From an uncultured Planctomycetaceae bacterium (lineage in GTDB: Bacteria; Planctomycetota; Planctomycetia; Planctomycetales; Planctomycetaceae), in assembly GCA_963813715.1 (NCBI GenBank), contig CAWFAK010000017.1:608001-672000 (forward strand): 64,000 nt of DNA. The letters are read 5' to 3'. Each line of letters starts with the position of its first letter. Within the stretch, counting starts at the first letter, position 1. The notes below the pieces were generated by a model. The model was not told the origin of the DNA. It did no database searches and saw nothing but the letters and a program-made list of their open reading frames with translations. This document shows, piece after piece, positions 11,806 to 22,863 of the stretch. A program made the translations under genes and the position numbers.

Positions 11806-12377
11806 TGGAGATCTCCCCGTCTCCGAGCAGCCGCTCGGACAATTTGCGGAGCCCGCTACGCACCCGTAGCTTCGCGCCGCCCAAGCTCACACCCATGGAC
11901 TGGGCAATTTCTTCGTATTTGAGGCCGCCGAAAAAGCGGAGACGAATCGCGTCCGCTTGAGCGTCGGGCAATTCGTTCAGCAACCCCTGCAACTGAGCGC
12001 CGCGTTCACGGATCAGCAGGGCCGCTAATGCTGTTTCAGACGTCGCCGGATCGGTGATGTTCGCCCGCTCGCCGGCGCTGAGTGCCGACTGGGACACGAC
12101 CTGCGGTCGGCGCGCAGGCGTTTTCGCTGCCGATGACAAAGATTCAGCAGAATCGTCCAGAGCCACGTCCGAAAATGAAACGACGGATTAAACGTATGGC
12201 GAGACGCAAAAACGGCCAGAAACGTCTCTTGAACGACGTCTTCGGCCAGTGCCGCATCGTCGAGCATGCCGCCGGCAACCCGTAGAGCGCGGGCCTGTAG
12301 CGTTCGACGAGAATCTCGAAGAAGGAGAATTCCCCCTCCTGGATTCGTCGCATGAGCTCGCCGTCATCCCACTGCAT
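11795..12377 (-). CDS. ECF sigma-70 factor (two frameshifts, ~12280 and ~12110)
   Basis: MQWDDGELMRRIQEGEFSFFEILVERY / LAEDVVQETFLAVF...FRTWLWTILLNLC / LPDAQADAIRLRFFGGLKYEEIAQSMGVSLGGAKLRVRSG (regions 2 and 4). Confidence 0.9.
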
Positions 12378-12392
12378 CGAGTCTCAATTCTT

Positions 12393-12433
12393 CCCCCTTC
12401 TCCCCTCGCGGGAGAGGGGCCGGGGGTGAAGGG
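12393..12433. repeat. REP-like palindromic element (CCCCTCTCCC...GGGAGAGGGG..GGGGGTGAGGG type)
   Basis: CCCTTCTCCC-CTCGC-GGGAGAGGGG-CCGGGGGTGAAGGG hairpin, ~15 nt upstream of the ECF start; resembles a widespread intergenic repeat of high-GC bacteria. Confidence 0.7.
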
Positions 12434-12594
12434 CGGTGGCCGTCGCCAAAGGGACAATTGGACCCGGTTAGTCGGTGAGGTCGTCTCCGGCGTCCTGTGA
12501 TTATCGATCCGGCGGTGGGAAAAAGAAACTCGATCGGGACCGCCGGGATTGCGGACGTTTTTCATCCGGCCCCGGCGGCCCAACTCCGGGTGCC

Positions 12595-13362
12595 GGGGAT
12601 CTGTTTCTCCCTTATGTGAAAACGGATCCCCATCCCCGGCGGGGATCCAATTTTGATCCCCGGCGGGGATCTCACCCCCGGCGGCCAGCTAGTGTCCGAC
12701 CCGCTCGGACACCGGAAACGTCGTGTCCCGTCCCAATCCAATCCCGTCCCAGTCGGTCCCGTCCCGTTCCAGGCAAACGGACGATTGAAGTCGGGGACGA
12801 ATTTGTCGAGATCCGCTCGATAAAACAACGTGTCCCGTCCCAGTCACGAGTCCCATGCCGCCCTGTCGAGTTTGCAGTCCGGCCTCGAGAGTTCTCCCAA
12901 TCCCGTCCCCGTTGTCCCGTTCCGTGTCCGGTCCCCGCCAAACGGAGTCCAGACCGGCCTTGCCGTCGCCGGTCGGATGGATTTTGTCGGGATTCACTCG
13001 ATAAAACAGCGTGTCCCGTCCCAACCTCGATGACCCGTCCCAGCTTGGTGGGGATCTGCGACCCCCTTATGTGAAAACGGATCCCCACCACCAGCAGATC
13101 CCTCTTCGTCCCGGCTCGCCTCCCGCGCACCCCAGCCATTCCGTCCCGTCCAATCCCGTTCCGTCGGTGTCCCGTCCCATCAATAAGGAGTGTCCGGACC
13201 GGACCTGGCCCCACCGAATCCCGTCCCGCCTTTTCGACCTTGGACATTGGACTTCGGACCTTGGACTGCGCGTGTCCCGTCCCGTCCGCCCCGACTGCGG
13301 TCCGAGGGTGGGTCACAGATTTCGTGGGTCATCTTCTGTAAAAGAATTCGTGACCCAACCCC
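12595..13362 (+). repeat. Mosaic repeat region: 5x GTGTCCCGTCCC, duplicated hairpin modules, palindromes and a heptamer tandem
   Basis: Exact 12-mers at 12723, 12830, 13011, 13167, 13272; identical 24-mer at 12609 and 13064; near-identical ~41-mers at 12802 and 12982; ATCCCCGGCGGGGATC at 12632 and 12656; 7-nt tandem x4 at 13236. Confidence 0.9.
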
Positions 13363-13560
13363 CCGTGTTTTCCCCTAGCCCGTCGCCTGCATCCAATTGG
13401 CTTGACCGCCGCGCGCAAAAGTCCGCACGCTCCAGTAAGCCACAGAAACCCGATTCGTCCAAGCCCAGTTTTCTGGGAATCCGCGATTGACGCCGTCGGC
13501 CGACTGCGGGTCCTTGGACGCATTACTCGGGACACGCGCCGATGAAGATCCGAGCCGGGC

Positions 13561-15416
13561 TCAGATCATGTAATACCAGCCCTCTTTGCCCTCCAGGCTT
13601 TCGGCATAGCGGGGGCAGATGGCGCAGACGTCGCCTTTGAGTTGTTCGTAGGCCACGCGGATCGCCTCGAGCGTGCTTGACCAGATGGCGCCAGTCTCCT
13701 GGAAGACGAACACCTTGTCTTCTCCCAGGCGGCGGGCGAGGCCGCTGGATTCGATGATTCGCATGAAGTCGGGACGCACGCCGCAGAGCAAGACGGTGGC
13801 TCCCAGCTTATCCATGCGGTCGATGAAGCGTTCGAGCACGGCCAGGCAGACGGGATCCGGATTGCGCCGCGTTTCACGCGGAGAACGACGACGCGAATGC
13901 CCTCTCGGGCCAAGCCGCAGATGTGGTCGAAGTGTTCTTCCAGCTCGGGGGCCGCGCCGAAGAAGAATTCGCCCTCGAGACTGAAGATGCGGATGCGGCC
14001 GCAGGGGGGATCGGAGGAAATGCGTTCGCGGACGACCCGCTCGGGGGCCAGCACCAGCTCGGTCATGTGAATGCGGGCGGCCCGCGGCACGTAGAACAAG
14101 AACGATAAAAAGACGCCGATCAGGATGCAGAATTCGACCGAGATGGCCACCGCCGAGATGGCCGTCAGCCCGACAATCCAGGCATCCGAGCGGGACGTTG
14201 TTAGGTGATAGCGGAGCTGCGTTCGGTCGACGAGCCGCCAGGCCGCCAGCATCAGGATGCCGGCCAGTCCCGAGCGCGGAATGTAATACGCGAAGCGAGC
14301 GAACAAGAGCACCGTGAGCGCCACGGTCGCCGCGCAGATCACGCCCGACCATTGCGTTTGGGCGCCGGCTTGCTGGTTGATCGTCGAGCGAGTGAGCGAG
14401 CCGGAGCCAGGATAGCATTGAAAGAAGCTGCCGGTCAGGTTTGCGAGCCCCTCGCTCAGGCATTGCTGATTGATGTCGAGCTTCTGACCGGTCTGCGCGG
14501 CGATGGCCTTGGCCATGGCGATCGCCTCGAGCAATCCCAAGAGCGCGATGGCCAGGCTGCTACCCGACAAGGCCCGCACGTGGCCCCAATCGAGCTTGGG
14601 CATTTTAAAGGAGGGCAGCTCGGCCGGGATCGTTTTCACGACAGCAACTCCCTGCGCATCGAGCCCAAACGCCCAGACCACGGCCGCCATGCTCATGATG
14701 GCGATCAACAGCGCGGGCAGCGGGAACCGCAGGTGCCGATTGAAGTAGCTCAGCCCCAGCGCAATGACGATCGTGCCGAGGCCGACCAGGAGCGTCGGCC
14801 AATTTGTCTGGGCGATGTGAGAGATGGTGAGCCAAAAGCGAGTGAGAAATGCTTCCTCGCCGGTGCCGGCTGAGGGCAGACCGAGCAGATTTTTGACCTG
14901 GTCGAGCACGATGAGAATGCCGGCCCCCAACGTGAAGCCGACGATCACCGCGTGCGAGATGTAGCGGTTCAGGTCGCCCAGTCGCAGCAACGTGATCAGC
15001 GCCTGGACGGCGCCGACCAGAAACGCGAGCAAGATCGCCAATTGCGGGCGATCCGCATCGGGAAAGGCGACGAGGGCGCTCAGGACGGCGATGGAAATTG
15101 CGTTCGTCGGCCCATTGATCAGCTGTTTCGAAGAGTCGAAGAGTGCCCCGACCGCCGTCATCACGATGGCCGTATACAGGCCGTAATAAGCCGGCAGTCC
15201 GGCCACCTGGGCGTAGGCCATCGCCTGCGGGACGGCCACCGTGGCGACGGTCACGCCGGCCATCGCGTCGAGGCCGAAGGAGCGCCGTGAATAAGTCCGC
15301 AACGAGTCGAAGGCGGGAACAATTCGGAAAAAGGTTTCCCGCCAGTTGTCGCCCGCCGGTCCGTTGCCGGCGCTCTGTTCTCCCGTTGATGGATTGGCCG
15401 TCAGGACGCGAGGCAT
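13561..15416 (-). CDS. SulP/SLC26 anion transporter with C-terminal STAS domain (frameshift ~13870)
   Basis: DAMAGVTVATVAVPQAMAYAQVAGLP..GLYTAIV; GPTNAISI; GSGSLTRS; STAS LEGEFFFGAA; second frame NPDPVCLAVLERF...WYYMI. Confidence 0.93.
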
Positions 15417-15549
15417 TCACCCAAACCTGGCTGTGGCAAGCGAAACGGAACTTTGAGCGAAAATGGAAAATTGTGCGGTAAGAGTCAGACGGATCATAAC
15501 GGGAACGCACCCCCGACGCAGGCGATGCGGGGCAGATCGTTCGCAGGCG

Positions 15550-16943
15550 CTAGACGTCGAACGACTGGTTGGCGACGGGGATCACGGGGTCTTCGTCGCA
15601 CAGGTCGTGCAGGATGCCGGCCAGCGATTGGGCGGCCGCGCGCTCGCCATGGACGAGGAACGCCCGGCCGATGTGCGACTCGGCCGACATCTGCGAGAAG
15701 TACCACTTGAAGTCTTCTGCGTCGGCGTGGGCCGACAGGCCGTCGAGCTTTTCGACACGCGCCCGCAAATGGTACGAGCGGTCGAGGATTGTCACAACGG
15801 GTTGTCGCTCGGCGATGCGGCGGCCCAGCGTGTGCTCCGCCTGAAAGCCAATCAGGGCGATCGTGTTGCGAGGGTCTTCAATGGCGTGCTTGAGATGATG
15901 GCGGACGCGGCCGCTCTCGCACATTCCGCTCGCGGCAATCACCACGTACGGGCCGGTCCGCCGATTGAGCTGCATGCTTTCTTGTGGCGACTGAATGTAA
16001 GTCAGCATCGGGAAGTCGAACAGCTCGCGGTCGCTACGGAGCACGCGGAGGGCTGCCGCGTCGAGCAGCTCGTGGTGGCGTTCGTAGATCTCCGTCACGC
16101 GGTTGGCGAGCGGACTGTCGACGAAAACGGGAATCCGCGGCAGCCGTCCGGCCTGGGCCAGCTCGCGCAGAAAATAGATGACCTGCTGCGTGCGACCCAG
16201 GCTGAATGCCGGAATGACCACGCGGCCTTCGTCCGCTTCGGCCCGCTGGATGATGGCAAGCAAGCGATCTTTCAGGGTATCGGCACGAGCGTGGACGGAA
16301 CCGCCATACGTCGATTCGGTGATCAACACGTCGCATCCGCCAACCGGCTGCGGATCGCGCAAGAGCGGCAGCCCGCGACGTCCCAGGTCGCCCGTGAAGA
16401 CGATGCGGCGCACTTCCCCACCGTCGTCGAGGTCCAGCTCCGTCACGGCCGAGCCGAGAATGTGGCCCGCTTCGGAGAACCGCAGCCGCAGCGCGGGGGA
16501 CAGTTCGTGCCATTCGGCGTAGTCGAGCGGCTCGAACAGCTTGATCGCGCCTTGGACTTCTTGTTCGCCGTAGAGCGGCTCGATTTCCGGAGTGTCCGGC
16601 GGCCGGTGGGCGTTGAGATAGCGCGCATCCTCGCGCTGAATGTGCAAACTGTCCTTGAGCATGACGGCGGCCAGGTCGGCCGTCGCCGGCGTGCAGAAAA
16701 TCGGTCCGCGATAGCCGGCGCGAAAGAGGCCGGGAAGGTTGCCGCAATGATCGATGTGGGCGTGCGACAGAATCACGCCGTCGAGCGATTTGGGCTGGCA
16801 GCGAAGCTGGCTGTTTTTGGCGCGGCTCTCCGCGCGCGTCCCTGAAACAGTCCGCAGTCGAGCAGCAGGCGCAGCGTGTCGGTTTCGATCAGGTGCTGGC
16901 TGCCCGTCACTTCGCCGGCCGCGCCGTAAAACGTGATTTTCAA
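15550..16943 (-). CDS. MBL-fold metallo-hydrolase, beta-CASP (RNA-processing type) (frameshift ~16835)
   Basis: TTG 16943 gives [74 protein letters not shown]. Confidence 0.93.
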
Positions 16944-16991
16944 AGCGTGGGCTTTCTGCTCGTGGGCTGCTACCGGCGCCCGGGCGACAAA

Positions 16992-17667
16992 TTATTTCGA
17001 GCGGGGCGCGGCGGCGGGGACCGACGGTGCGGGCGTCGCACCAGCCGGCGCAGGAGCGGGCGTCGCGGCGGTAGCCGCAGGTGTGGGTCCAGTTGGCTGC
17101 AGCGAGTGGACCACCAGCATGCCGGCTCCGGTCACGAGCGACACGTCGGCAAAATTAAAGACGGGCCAATGAAACGCCCCGAACGTGAAGAGCAGGAAGT
17201 CGCGGACGGCCAACACCGTGCCGCCGTTCTCGTCGATGCATTGCGGCAGCCCGATGCGGTCGTAAAGATTGCCGAGCGTCCCCCCCAGAATGAGCGAGAG
17301 CGCGACGGTCAGCCACCAGCTGCGCGGCTCGAAAGCCGAAAAGCCACGTCGGAATGCCGACGACGGCCGCTCCGCTCAGCGCGGCGAAGAGCCAGGTGTA
17401 GCCTTGCCCGACGCCCCAGAGCGCGCCGCGGTTGAAACTGGTGAACAGGCGAAACGTGACCCAGCCGTTGAGATAGGCGACGCTGCTGCCGCTGCTCTCC
17501 GGCGGAGCGGCGAAGACGGCGTGCTGGCCGCGGACGACCGGTTCCCTGTCGGTGCCGGGATAGCCCAGGTCGCGGAAGACGAGCGACTTGCTTGCCAGGT
17601 CGCCGGCGAGGACGATCGCGGCCACCACGAAGAACACGACGGCCCGATTGACGGGAACGCCGTTCAA
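16992..17667 (-). CDS. lspA: Lipoprotein signal peptidase II (frameshift ~17320)
   Basis: DLASK; FNRGALWG; alternative frame GGTLGNLYDR; VRDF...WPVFNFAD; TTG start overlaps the dksA-like stop (TTGA). Confidence 0.9.
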
Positions 17668-18059
17668 GGAGAAAGATTCTCCCGCTTTCGCTCGCATTCG
17701 ACGCAATTCTTTGCGTACGGGATGGCTTTGAGCCGCAGCTTGGGAATCAGAGACTTGGCGGGCGTCTTGCCATCTTCCTGGCACGACAAGCAAGCGCCGA
17801 ACGTTCCCGCGTCGATCCGCTTCAGGGCCGCGTCGATCTCGGAGAGTACATCCTGGTCGCTTTCGGCCACGCGCAGGGAAAAGTCCTGCTCGAAGGTTTG
17901 TGTGCCCAGTTCGGCAATATGCGTGGGACTTTTCGAGTCGCCGCCGCCGTCATTGCGGTCGAGGGCCTCGCGCGTGAGCTGTTGGACGTCGCCGCGGATA
18001 CGAGCCTGGAGCGAAAGCAAGGCGCTCCTGAATTCGCTCAGCTCTGCCTTTTTGAACAT
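17664..18059 (-). CDS. TraR/DksA family C4 zinc-finger transcription factor
   Basis: Coiled coil, PTHIAELGT tip, IDAALKRIDAGTFGACLSC...IPKLRLKAIPYAKNCVEC. Confidence 0.92.
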   Translation of the reverse strand: MFKKAELSEFRSALLSLQARIRGDVQQLTREALDRNDGGGDSKSPTHIAELGTQTFEQDFSLRVAESDQDVLSEIDAALKRIDAGTFGACLSCQEDGKTPAKSLIPKLRLKAIPYAKNCVECERKRENLSP

Positions 18060-19024
18060 AGATTTCGGTTCCGCTCGCCGTCGGTACGCCGCAAAAAGCA
18101 CTTCATTATGGACGCCGCCTCCGAGTGGGTCAAGGTGCGCCGCCGCGAGTGCGAAACGGTTCTTAAGCAGGTGCCGATCAGGTCGAAGCGCGTACAAGGC
18201 AATAGGTTGCCGCACGGCATGACAGGCAGAATAGTGCCAGAGCTGTTTGGCTCGCGGGCGACAACTGGGGAGGGCATTCGGTCGGCCTGGGCACGCCTTC
18301 AATTGGCGAAGCACCGGATTACCGGCCAGCGTGCGGAGACGAGAGAGACTGAGAGCACGCCAAAGGCGCCGGTGCCACTCTACCGCGCCCGGCCTGCCGT
18401 CGCCAAAAAAATCGGGCGGCCAGGGCCGGCAGCTTTCGTGCCGGCCCGGCCGCCGATGTCTGCGACATCACCCACGCATGACGTCGCAGATGTCACAAGT
18501 GTGAAGACTCCCAGTTCTGCTAGGCTCCTTTGGCAAATCACGTGCCCGATTGAAAGATGCGTGGAATGTCGCGATCTCTCGCGTTTTTTGCGATCCCGAC
18601 ACGGCGGTCTCGGAAGTGAGCGGTTCCGGAAAAACCGATGTGCGTGCCGATCGGCCAACCGACTCTTGGACGCTCGCGACCCACGAGAACGAAAAGACAG
18701 CGAGGAGAATTCCTAAAAGCGGGAAACAGGGCTCGCGTCAGGCTCGATCGCCGCGCATTTACGCTCGTCGCGTTTCCCGCTCGCCGCTCGATAAGGATGT
18801 TCGGCTTCGCGGCCCGCGCGTTGATGGAAGCCGGCGGTATTGAGATTGCTCCACCGGCGGCATTTCACAACGCAACTCGCCCGCGGCCGGTCGACTTTCG
18901 CATTCTTCGTGTTTTTTCGGCGGCCGTGTGCCTCGTGCGACTTGAAAGTTGCGGGCGAGAGGATTCTATTCCTGTAAACCGAGCTCGATCGTTCAGGGAG
19001 TGAAAGCGATCTGGGAGCCCGTTC

Positions 19025-19682
19025 GTGCCGCAAGTCTTCCCGCGCGATGAATATTCTCTCGAGAGCGTCGCTCTTCGGGAGCCTGCTGGTCGCGGCACTC
19101 GTCTTGTGGATCTGCCTGGTCTACACGCGTTCTCCCTACGGCACTGCTGCCGGCGTCATGCGCGTGCAGCAAGTCCCCTTCAGCCATCAGCACCACGTCG
19201 GCGTGCTGGGGATCGACTGTCGCTACTGCCACACGACGGTCGAGCATTCGTCCTTCGCCGGACTGCCGCCGACGAAGACCTGTATGAACTGCCACTCGCA
19301 AATCTGGGTCGGCAGCGAAGTGCTCCAGCCCGTCCGCGAGAGCTACCAGACGAATAAGCCGCTCAACTGGGATCGGGTCTACAACCTGCCCGGGTTCGTC
19401 TATTTCGATCACAGCATTCACGTGAACAAAGGCATCGGCTGCGCGTCGTGCCATGGGCGGATCGATGAAATGCCGTTCACCTATCAGGCCAAGTCGCTGT
19501 TGATGGAGTGGTGCCTCGACTGCCACCGGCATCCGGAGCGCGAGATTCGGCCGCGGGAGGAGGTCTTCAATATGAAGTACAAGCAGCCGGCCGATCAGAT
19601 CGAGCTGGGCCACCGGCTGGTGAAGAAATACGGCATCGCCAACGAGACCAAGCTGACTAGCTGCAGCGTGTGTCACCGATGA
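19025..19682 (+). CDS. actA: Alternative complex III pentaheme cytochrome c subunit (indel near start; in-frame ATG at 19047)
   Basis: MPQVFPR N-terminus, one TM, five CxxCH (CRYCH, CMNCH, CASCH, CLDCH, CSVCH), PFSHQHH, YFDHSIH. Confidence 0.93.
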
Positions 19683-22600
19683 GCAACCGCAAGGATCTCG
19701 CATCCGAACTGGCGGAACTGGAACGGTCGCTCGGCGGCACGTCCGGCCGGCGCGTACTGGCGCAGTCTCGACGAGCTCGCGGGCACGCCCGCTTTTCAGA
19801 AACTGATGCGTCGCGAGTTCCCAAGCCAGGCCGATATTTGGCCCGATTCGCTCAGCCGCCGCCACTTCTTGTCGCTGATGGGGGCGTCGCTGGCGCTGGC
19901 AGGATTGTCCGGCTGCTCGGTCAAGCCGGCGCCGATGGGGAAGATTGTTCCCTATGTCACGCCGCCGCACGAAATCGTCCCGGGCGAGCCGCTCTTTTAT
20001 GCGACCGCCCAACCGCTGCCCGGCGGCGCCGTTGGTCTCTTGGTCGAAAGTCACATGGGACGCCCGACGAAGATCGAGGGCAACCCGGATCACCCGGCCA
20101 GCGGCGGCGCGACGAGCCTCTATCACCAGGCGTCGATCCTCACGCTGTACGATCCCGATCGCTCGCAGACCGTCACCTATCTCGGCCGCACGCGAGCCTG
20201 GACGGAGGCGGCCGCCGCACTCCGCGCGGCGCTGGCGAACGAGCGTAAAAACGGCGGGGCCGCTGTGCGGATACTGAGTGAGCCGATCCTTTCGCCCTCG
20301 CTCGCGGCGCAGCGCGAGCGGCTCTTGAAGTCGCTTCCCAAAGCGAAGTGGCACGTCTACGAACCGCTGCCGCAAGACTCGCGGCTGGAGGCGATTCGCC
20401 TCGCCTTCGGCCAGGATCTCGATTGCCATTACGGCTTTAAGCAGGCCGACGTGGTGCTTTCGCTCGACGCCGACTTCCTGGGGAGCGAGCCGGGCAACCT
20501 CCGCGGAATCGCCGACTTCATGTCGCGGCGGCGGATCCGGACGACGGCGGCCGACGCGGAAAAAGCGTCGATGAATCGCCTCTATTGCATCGAGACCGAA
20601 GTTACTTGCACGGGTGCGAAGGCCGACCACCGCCTCGCCGTCCGCGTGCAGGACGTCGAAGGATTGGCCCGTGCCCTGGCGGCGAAGCTGGGCGCGCTCG
20701 GCGGCGAACAGTCGCAGCGTCCGCCGCGGCCGAAACGGCCGGCACCCACGACAAATGGATCACGGCCGTCGCCAAGGATCTGTCAGCCCATCACGGCCGC
20801 GCGGTGGTGGTCGCCGGCAAGCGGCAGCCGGCTGCCGTGCACCTGCTGGCGATCGCCATCAACCAGAAGCTGGGTGGCGTCGGGCAGACGGTCTTTTACA
20901 CGCGGCCGGTCACCGAGGGGCCCACCGCGCGGATCGACTCGCTGCGCGAGCTGGCCGACGACATGCGGCAGGATCGCGTGCGGCTGCTCTTGGTGCTCGA
21001 CGCCAATCCCGTCTACTCGGCACCCGTCGACTTCAAATTCACCGAGGCCTTGGAACACGTTCCGCTGCGTGTCCACTTCGGACTCTTCCAGGACGAAACG
21101 GCGCGGCGCTGCCACTGGCACCTTAACCAGGCTCACTTTCTGGAAACGTGGGGCGATGCCTGGGCGTTCGATGGCACGGCCTCCATCATGCAGCCGTTGA
21201 TCGAGCCCCTCTATCGCGGGCGCTCGGCCGTCGAATTGGTGGCTTTCCTGGCAACGCTTGCACGAAACGCCGGGCGAGGAACTGGTCCGCGGCCGCTGGC
21301 GCGATTATTGGAACACGCAAACGCGCGGTCCCAAATCGGACGAAGCCTTCGACCAGTTCTGGAAGAGTGCCCTGCACAATGGCACGGTCGCTGGCACCGG
21401 TTTCCCGATCAAGACGGTGTCGCTCGCCGACAACTGGCAGCGCCATTTAGGGTCGCCTGAGGCCAACGCAGGAAGCGGCGCCTCGAGCGCGCCTGCGGGC
21501 GGGGGATCGAATCAAACCGGCGAGTCTTTCGAGCTGGCTTTCGCTCCCGACCCGACCGTCTTGGACGGGTCGTTTGCCAACAACGGCTGGCTGCAAGAAT
21601 GCCCGAAGCCGAGCAGCACCCTGACCTGGGACAACGCGGCCTTAATGAGTCCCGCGACGGCGCGGCACTTGGGCGTCGAATACGGCGAATATGCTCACGG
21701 CGGCGAGCACGGCGGCTTTAAGATGCCCGTCGTCGAGCTGACTTTCGACGGACGCAGTGTCGAGGCTCCCGCTTGGATCGTGCCGGGCCACGCGGACGGC
21801 TCCATCACGATTCATTTCGGCTACGGCCGCGAGTTTGCGGGCCGGGTCGGGGGCCAGGCGGAGCAGCGCGTGGGCTTCAACGCCTACGCGCTCCGGACGG
21901 CTGCACAGCCTTGGTTCGTTCCGAGCGTCCGCGTGACCAAGACCGATCGGACGCATCTCCTGGCGTGCACCCAAGAGCACCACTTGATGGAGAACCGTGA
22001 TCTGGTCCGCTCCGCCACGCTGGAGGAATTCAAGCAGAAGCCCGACTTCGCGGCCGAGCCTGAGAAGAAAAAGGAAGCCGAGGAAACGCACCGCGCGACG
22101 CCGCCCTTGGAGTTCTATCCGCCCCTCGAGCAGGCGGCGGCAACTCCGAAATGGGGCATGGTGATCGATCTGACGACGTGCGTCGGCTGCAAGGCGTGCG
22201 TCGTCGCCTGTCAGGCGGAAAACAACATCCCCGTCGTCGGCAAGGAGCAAGTGGCAGCCGGCCGCGAGATGCATTGGCTGCGGATCGATCGGTACGTCAG
22301 CGGAACGGCCGACGAGCCGCAGGAATTTCATTTCCAGCCGGTTCCCTGCATGCACTGCGAGAAGGCCCCCTGCGAATACGTTTGCCCCGTCGAAGCCACC
22401 GTCCACAGTGCCGAGGGGCTCAACGACATGGTCTACAACCGCTGCGTCGGCACGCGGTTTTGCTCCAACAACTGTTCGTACAAAGTCCGCCGGTTTAACT
22501 TCTTCCACTACGCCGACTTCGAGACGCCCAGTCTCCGCCTGCAATACAACCCCGACGTCACCGTTCGTTCGCGCGGCGTGATGGAGAAGTGCTCGTACTG

Positions 22601-22862
22601 CGTGCAGCGGATTCGCCACGCCCAAATCGACGCCGACCGGGACGACCGGCCGATCGCTGATGGCGAGGTCGTCACCGCCTGCCAGGCAGCCTGTCCGGCT
22701 GGGTCGATTGCATTCGGCGATTTGAGCAACTCGGCGGCCACGGTCGCGAAGTGGCAGGCGTCACCGCTTAACTACGCGCTTCTGGCAGAGTTAGGCACAC
22801 GGCCGCGGACGACGTACCTGGCCGCCGTCCGCAATCCAAACCCCGAGCTGGAGGGGGCCTGA
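19679..22862 (+). CDS. actB: Alternative complex III subunit B: molybdopterin-oxidoreductase-like fold plus Fe-S domain (frameshifts ~19750, ~20720, ~21260)
   Basis: YWRSLDEL; Tat/lipoprotein signal LSRRHFLSLMGASLALAGLSGC; GRPTKIEGNPDHP; ANNGWLQECP; CVGCKACVVAC, CMHCEKAPCEYVCP, CVGTRFCSNNC, KCSYC..CQAACP. Confidence 0.93.
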
Positions 22863-22863
22863 C

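Noticed and set aside
12595..13362. CRISPR array
   Set aside because: Repeat units are only 12-24 nt, of several kinds and irregularly spaced (105-181 nt); the intervening DNA is itself repetitive, and there are no cas genes in the window
12475..13490. ORFs 12475-13074, 12672-13316 and 13011-13490 as confident genes
   Set aside because: They are low-complexity translations of DNA repeats with no domain motifs, open on both strands; kept only as an alternative hypothesis
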